Source: Candidatus Micrarchaeia archaeon
GTDB taxonomy: Archaea; Micrarchaeota; Micrarchaeia; Micrarchaeales; Micrarchaeaceae
Direction of reading: 5' to 3'
Length of the DNA stretch: 19,935 nt
NCBI GenBank assembly: GCA_049964795.1
Contig: JBMFWY010000014.1
Span: 1 to 19,935 of the forward strand
Shown piece after piece: positions 15,950 to 19,935 of this stretch. Both the position numbers and the translations under genes were made by a program. Each line of letters starts with the position of its first letter. Within the stretch, counting starts at the first letter, position 1. The notes under the pieces were generated by a model. The model was not told the origin of the DNA. It did not search any database and was given only the letters and a program-made list of their open reading frames with translations.

Positions 15950-16687
15950 TCAGGGCTTGTCGCCTTGTCTCAAAAGGGAGATCACAAAAGTGGAGATTTT
16001 TTCTATGTTTTCTTGCGCGCTTCTTTTTCCTGTGTCGATTTCAAGGAAATGGCTACCTCTATCCTTTAAGATTTGGTAGAGCAGGTCATCATCTCTGCCC
16101 ATAAGGATCTCATGCGCTTTGTCTTTGCCATCGCTTCTCGAAGCAGCTCTTTCTGATAGAGTCTTGCCATCAGCACGCAGATAAACAATTAGATCTGGAT
16201 TTACCAGCTTCCTTGAAAGCGACGAAGCGCTTCTGAGCAGGATATTGAGCCCGTTTTGTGCCCTCATGAAAGTGCCTAATGCAAAGGCGAAGTCCTCGGG
16301 CATGCGTTGCATTATCAATACATGATAATCGCTTCTGTTTGAAAGCGCGATAGAAAGTTCGCAGGCGTATGAAAGCACATGCGTCATAGAAATTGCCGCT
16401 GAAGTGAAAGGGTTTTTCCCCTCTCCGAAGCTTTCCGAAAGTAGATCTATGAAACGGCCGAGTGATGTGTTCTCATGCAGATATTTCTTTGAATCGAAAG
16501 CCTTTACATGCATGCCGCTAAGCTTTTCAGAAAGCATTTGCGCGTATGTAGTCTTGCCGGTTGAAGGTTTTCCTTCAAATACTACAAGCAATGGAGTGAA
16601 TGGCTTTATTTCCACCGTGAACTTCGGATCGTTCTGCAACAACGTAGCGTGCTTGAACGGCAAGTTGTTACTAATGCTGTAAGACAT
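15950..16687 (-). CDS. Thymidylate/deoxynucleoside kinase-like P-loop protein (divergent)
   Basis: Motifs VVFEGKPSTGKTT, PDLIVYLRAD and EIDT; the usual DR motif appears as QR. Start ATG 16687 after AAAGGTG. Confidence 0.7.
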   Translation of the reverse strand: MSYSISNNLPFKHATLLQNDPKFTVEIKPFTPLLVVFEGKPSTGKTTYAQMLSEKLSGMHVKAFDSKKYLHENTSLGRFIDLLSESFGEGKNPFTSAAISMTHVLSYACELSIALSNRSDYHVLIMQRMPEDFAFALGTFMRAQNGLNILLRSASSLSRKLVNPDLIVYLRADGKTLSERAASRSDGKDKAHEILMGRDDDLLYQILKDRGSHFLEIDTGKRSAQENIEKISTFVISLLRQGDKP

Positions 16688-16835
16688 GAAAAGCACCTTT
16701 CACTGCTGCTTCTTTGCATTTTTGATATATAAAGCTATGTTTTCATTTTTATGAAACAGATTTTATTTGAAATAGCACACGGCATGAATGCGACGGAGTG
16801 GCGTGCGAAAGCAGAAAAAAATAAAAAAGAAACTG

Positions 16836-17165
16836 CTACCTGCTTGCCTTTGCGGAGATACCTTCTATGAGACCGAGGAATTCATCGCTGCTTACCTTGC
16901 CTGAAAGCCTGTATTCCGTATCATACAGCGCTTCTGCCATCATCTCGCAGACCCTTCTTGATTCTATTATGCTTTCCACGTACTTTGCAAGCTGTTTCTT
17001 GAACTTCAGGTCTTTGAGCTCCTGCAATGCCAGCTCTTCCTCGCTCATTTCCTTCGTGCTCACACCTTCGCTTTGGCTTAGGAGATCTTCAATCCCCTCC
17101 TCTAGCTTCCGCTCTGCTTCGCATTTTGCCACTCCATTACCCAGAAAACGTGCCTGCATTAACAT
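16836..17165 (-). CDS. Acidic helical hypothetical protein (start may be GTG 17132)
   Basis: 109-aa Glu/Lys-rich ORF, followed on the minus strand by a T-tract (A-run ~16815-16832). Confidence 0.6.
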   Translation of the reverse strand: MLMQARFLGNGVAKCEAERKLEEGIEDLLSQSEGVSTKEMSEEELALQELKDLKFKKQLAKYVESIIESRRVCEMMAEALYDTEYRLSGKVSSDEFLGLIEGISAKASR

Positions 17166-17393
17166 ATCGCGCAGGTTGCCAACTTATTAGGCGCTTGGCA
17201 GCGCAACTTTCCTAGTTATTTTACTGCAAAAGGATATTTAAATCTTTATATACCTTAGTAAAAGTTATTATACTGAAATAAACAATGTATTACATTACAA
17301 CAAAAGCTTTATATATTTTCAATGCCTGAATAATAGCGCCAGAAATGGCACCCAGAAACGTGCCTGCGCTTTGCGCAGGCCGCTTATTAAGCG
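17139..17393. repeat. Imperfect direct repeat pair (17139-17193 and 17350-17393) flanking an AT-rich spacer with divergent TATA boxes
   Basis: ACCCAGAAA(A)CGTGCCTGC..GCGCAGG..CTTATTA(G/A)GCG is present in both copies. Confidence 0.75.
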
Positions 17394-17553
17394 TCGAAAT
17401 GGATTTTGCATATTTGATTTTTGAATATAATAGTTGAATATCAAAAATGCTCCCAAGAAGCAGGGTATAAGGCTCTCTTCCTTTTGTGCCAGCTTACAGA
17501 AGTTCTAATAATTTGCGCAGACCAAAATTGAGAAGAGTTTAATAGGTGACTTT

Positions 17554-18126
17554 ATGGAAATCAATGAAATAGACGCTTATCTCAAAGAAGGGGCAAGAGT
17601 CCGCCTAAACATAGACAAGGATTCTGTATATAACCTTGGCAATATGATATATGAAAGCATGCAAAAAGGCGGCAAGCTTCTTGTTATGGGAAACGGAGGC
17701 TCTGCGGCCGACGCACAGCATATTGCAGCTGAATTTGTTGGGAAGTTCTTTGCGGAACGACGCGCCCTTCCTGCGATTGCACTGCACACCAACACTTCTT
17801 CGCTTACTGCAATTGCAAACGACTATACCTATGACGAGGTATTTTCCAGGCAGATAGAGGCTTTCGCAAGATCCGGAGATGTGGTAATAGGCATATCTAC
17901 TAGCGGCAACTCAAAAAACGTGCTTAAAGCAATAGAGAAGGCTAACGCTCTTGGCTGCCTTACTGTTGCACTTACTGGCAAATCGGGAGGGAAATTAAAA
18001 GATCTTGCGCGAATTACAATAAGGGCAGACAGCGACTCGACGCCAATAATCCAGGAAGCACATATAACAATAGGCCATATAATATCAAAAATAGTAGAAG
18101 ACAGAGTAATAAAAGAGGGCAAGTGA
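17554..18126 (+). CDS. gmhA: D-sedoheptulose-7-phosphate isomerase
   Basis: Motifs GNGGSAADAQHIAAE, TAIAND, ISTSGNS and IQEAH; AGGTGA RBS. Confidence 0.95.
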   Translation: MEINEIDAYLKEGARVRLNIDKDSVYNLGNMIYESMQKGGKLLVMGNGGSAADAQHIAAEFVGKFFAERRALPAIALHTNTSSLTAIANDYTYDEVFSRQIEAFARSGDVVIGISTSGNSKNVLKAIEKANALGCLTVALTGKSGGKLKDLARITIRADSDSTPIIQEAHITIGHIISKIVEDRVIKEGK

Positions 18127-18130
18127 TGCC

Positions 18131-18694
18131 ATGAAGCCTGCGCTCTTCATAGACCGCGATGGCACTATAAATATGGATTGCCCCTACTGCAAAAGCGCTT
18201 CAGAAATAAAAATCTACAATGATGTATATGCTCCGCTTGCTGAACTTTGCAAGAATTTCTACATAATAATAGTGACGAACCAGTCAGGCATTGCAAGAGG
18301 CTACTTCTCTGAAAATGATCTCGAAGCTATGCATTCAAAAATAAAGAAGCTAGTTGCAAGGCACGGTGGCAGGATAGACGCAGTTTATTACTGCCCGGAT
18401 CTCCCAAAAAGTGAATCTCCGTGCAGAAAGCCCAATACAGGCATGATTGAAAAGGCACTGCGCGACTTCAACTTTGACATAGACTTAAGTAAGTCTTTTG
18501 TTATAGGAAACGATGATAAGGACATTGAGATGGCGAGGCGCCTTAGTATAAAATCAATCCTAGTTGATAGAGCTTCAACTTCAAGCACTGCAGCTGATCG
18601 CGACTCTCATAGTACTGCTCCTGCAGCCTGCCCAGACTTTGTTGCAAAAGATTTTAAGGATGTGTTGGAAATCATAAAAAGGGTGTTTCGGTGA
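18131..18694 (+). CDS. gmhB: Heptose-1,7-bisphosphate phosphatase (HAD IIIA)
   Basis: Motifs FIDRDGTIN, VTNQSGIARG and CRKP; lies between gmhA and hddA. Confidence 0.9.
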   Translation: MKPALFIDRDGTINMDCPYCKSASEIKIYNDVYAPLAELCKNFYIIIVTNQSGIARGYFSENDLEAMHSKIKKLVARHGGRIDAVYYCPDLPKSESPCRKPNTGMIEKALRDFNFDIDLSKSFVIGNDDKDIEMARRLSIKSILVDRASTSSTAADRDSHSTAPAACPDFVAKDFKDVLEIIKRVFR

Positions 18695-19701
18695 ACTCAG
18701 GTTCCGACTTTTCGCTTGTGACTACCAAGACGCCCCTGCGCATTACCTTCACTGGTGGAGGCACTGACTTAATGGACTACTATAGAAAGCACGGGCCTGG
18801 GGCTGTGGTTTCTTCGACCATTAACAGGTATATTTACGTGACTGTCGCCAGAAACTTCTATCGCGACGAAATCCGTGTCTCATACTCTAAAAGCGAGGAC
18901 AAGCTCAAGAGCATTGATGAGATCCAGCATCCTAGCGTAAGAGAGGCGCTGCGATTCCTTGGAATAAAAGGGGGCTTGCAAATCGTAAGCATAACCGAAA
19001 TTCCTTCCAAAGGCACAGGGCTAGGGTCCAGCAGCAGCTTTCTTGTAGGCTTACTTTATGCTTTGCACACATGGCTTGGGGAAGCCGCAACGCAGGAGCA
19101 GCTCGCAAGCGAGGCTTTCCATATAGAGCGCGAAGTGCTGCGCGAGGAGGGAGGCAAGCAAGACCAGTATATTGCGGCTTATGGAGGCATAAGGCTCATG
19201 GAGTTCAACAGTGATGAAAGCGTGTCGATGAAGCCCATAGTGCTGAAGGAAGATGCCCGTGAAATACTGCAAGACAGCTTGCTCATGCTGTATACAGGCA
19301 AGGAGAGAAGCTCTTCTGAAATACACAAGGAGCAAGCGAAGAGCATTGAGGATAAGCTTGAAGCTTATGGGGAGATGCGCAAGCTTGCTTATGAGACGTA
19401 TAGCGCAATAGCAAAGTGCGACATAGCTGAGCTGGGAGCTCTCATGGATACCAACTGGAAGCTAAAGAAGAAGCTCAGCAATGGCATAAGCGATCCGTTG
19501 ATTGACTCGTATTATGAAAAGGCAATAAAATCCGGAGCTTTAGGAGGCAAGCTGATGGGCGCAGGCGGAGGTGGTTTTCTGCTGTTTGTCGCTCCAAAAG
19601 AAAGGCACAAAGCTATAGAAGATGCGCTCGGGCTAAGGCAGGAGCCTTTCAAGCTAGACCCGCTTGGCTCAAGAATAATAAATATGGAAGGGCTTGCATG
19701 A
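18691..19701 (+). CDS. hddA: D-glycero-alpha-D-manno-heptose-7-phosphate kinase (GHMP)
   Basis: Motifs TPLRITFTGGGTD, GTGLGSSS, GGKQDQY and GKLMGAGGGGF; GTGA overlap with gmhB. Confidence 0.9.
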   Translation: MNSGSDFSLVTTKTPLRITFTGGGTDLMDYYRKHGPGAVVSSTINRYIYVTVARNFYRDEIRVSYSKSEDKLKSIDEIQHPSVREALRFLGIKGGLQIVSITEIPSKGTGLGSSSSFLVGLLYALHTWLGEAATQEQLASEAFHIEREVLREEGGKQDQYIAAYGGIRLMEFNSDESVSMKPIVLKEDAREILQDSLLMLYTGKERSSSEIHKEQAKSIEDKLEAYGEMRKLAYETYSAIAKCDIAELGALMDTNWKLKKKLSNGISDPLIDSYYEKAIKSGALGGKLMGAGGGGFLLFVAPKERHKAIEDALGLRQEPFKLDPLGSRIINMEGLA

Positions 19702-19725
19702 TTCTTCAAGCCGTAACCGCTATAT

Positions 19726-19935
19726 ATGCAAGCAGCAAGCCAACAAATAGAAAGCCAATTTTCACCATACTTAAAATATAATAATAATTTTGCTAATTTT
19801 GAGGTTTTTTACACAGCTAACGCTACACCTGTACCATGCTGGATAGAAAGCAACCAGACAGGAAAACTCATTACTTGGTGCAAAATAAATAATCCCGTAG
19901 CTACAAATGGTATAGCAATTGGTTTCTTTTCGACT
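19726..19935 (+). CDS. DUF2341-like surface-protein domain (partial, runs off 3' edge; possibly a truncated fragment)
   Basis: MQAASQQIESQFSPYLKYNNNFANFEVFYTANATPVPCWIESNQTGKLITWCKI... shows an NF-x-F..P-x-WIE..W-x-K pattern. No signal peptide; in-frame stop at 19714-19716. Confidence 0.55.
   Translation, partial: MQAASQQIESQFSPYLKYNNNFANFEVFYTANATPVPCWIESNQTGKLITWCKINNPVATNGIAIGFFST

Noticed and set aside
17139-17393. CRISPR array or canonical ORB replication origin
   Set aside because: Only two dissimilar-length copies and no cas genes. CCAGAAAC only loosely resembles ORB, there is no G-string, and no orc1/cdc6 gene is nearby.
275-19709. Numerous short ORF-track entries overlapping the called genes
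   Set aside because: They are antisense or alternate-frame shadows of well-supported genes and have no motifs.
10490-19935. Integrated element bounded by a tRNA 3' duplication (attR)
   Set aside because: No second copy of the tRNA 3' end and no integrase were seen in the window.

Overview
Archaeal chromosomal window, most likely DPANN/Micrarchaeota-like. That assignment is inferred from a BHB-intron tRNA, TATA/BRE promoters, GGTG/GGAGGTGA ribosome sites, a single-OB SSB and LamG/DUF2341-type surface-protein fragments at both ends. From left to right it holds: a surface-glycosylation block (Thr-type AlkP/sulfatase-fold protein, GT4, AglD2-like flippase); SSB; an MFS transporter; a coupled FAD oxidoreductase and chorismate mutase/prephenate dehydrogenase; a HerA-like ATPase with a C-terminal PD-(D/E)XK-like domain; and intron-containing tRNA-Ser(TGA). 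After the tRNA comes an accessory stretch rich in nucleotide-processing enzymes: EEP nuclease/phosphatase, nucleoside deoxyribosyltransferase/N-glycosidase, QNG1/DUF2419 queuosine-salvage hydrolase, DUF355 kinase and a dNMP-kinase-like protein. A HemK2 methyltransferase, small hypothetical genes and a gmhA-gmhB-hddA heptose operon follow. The best candidates for new biology are (i) the QNG1-centred modified-nucleotide salvage or defence cluster, (ii) the HerA-nuclease fusion beside the tRNA, and (iii) a hairpin-rich direct repeat around divergent promoters at 17.1-17.4 kb that could yield an antisense RNA. All family calls come from motif recognition only; no searches were run.
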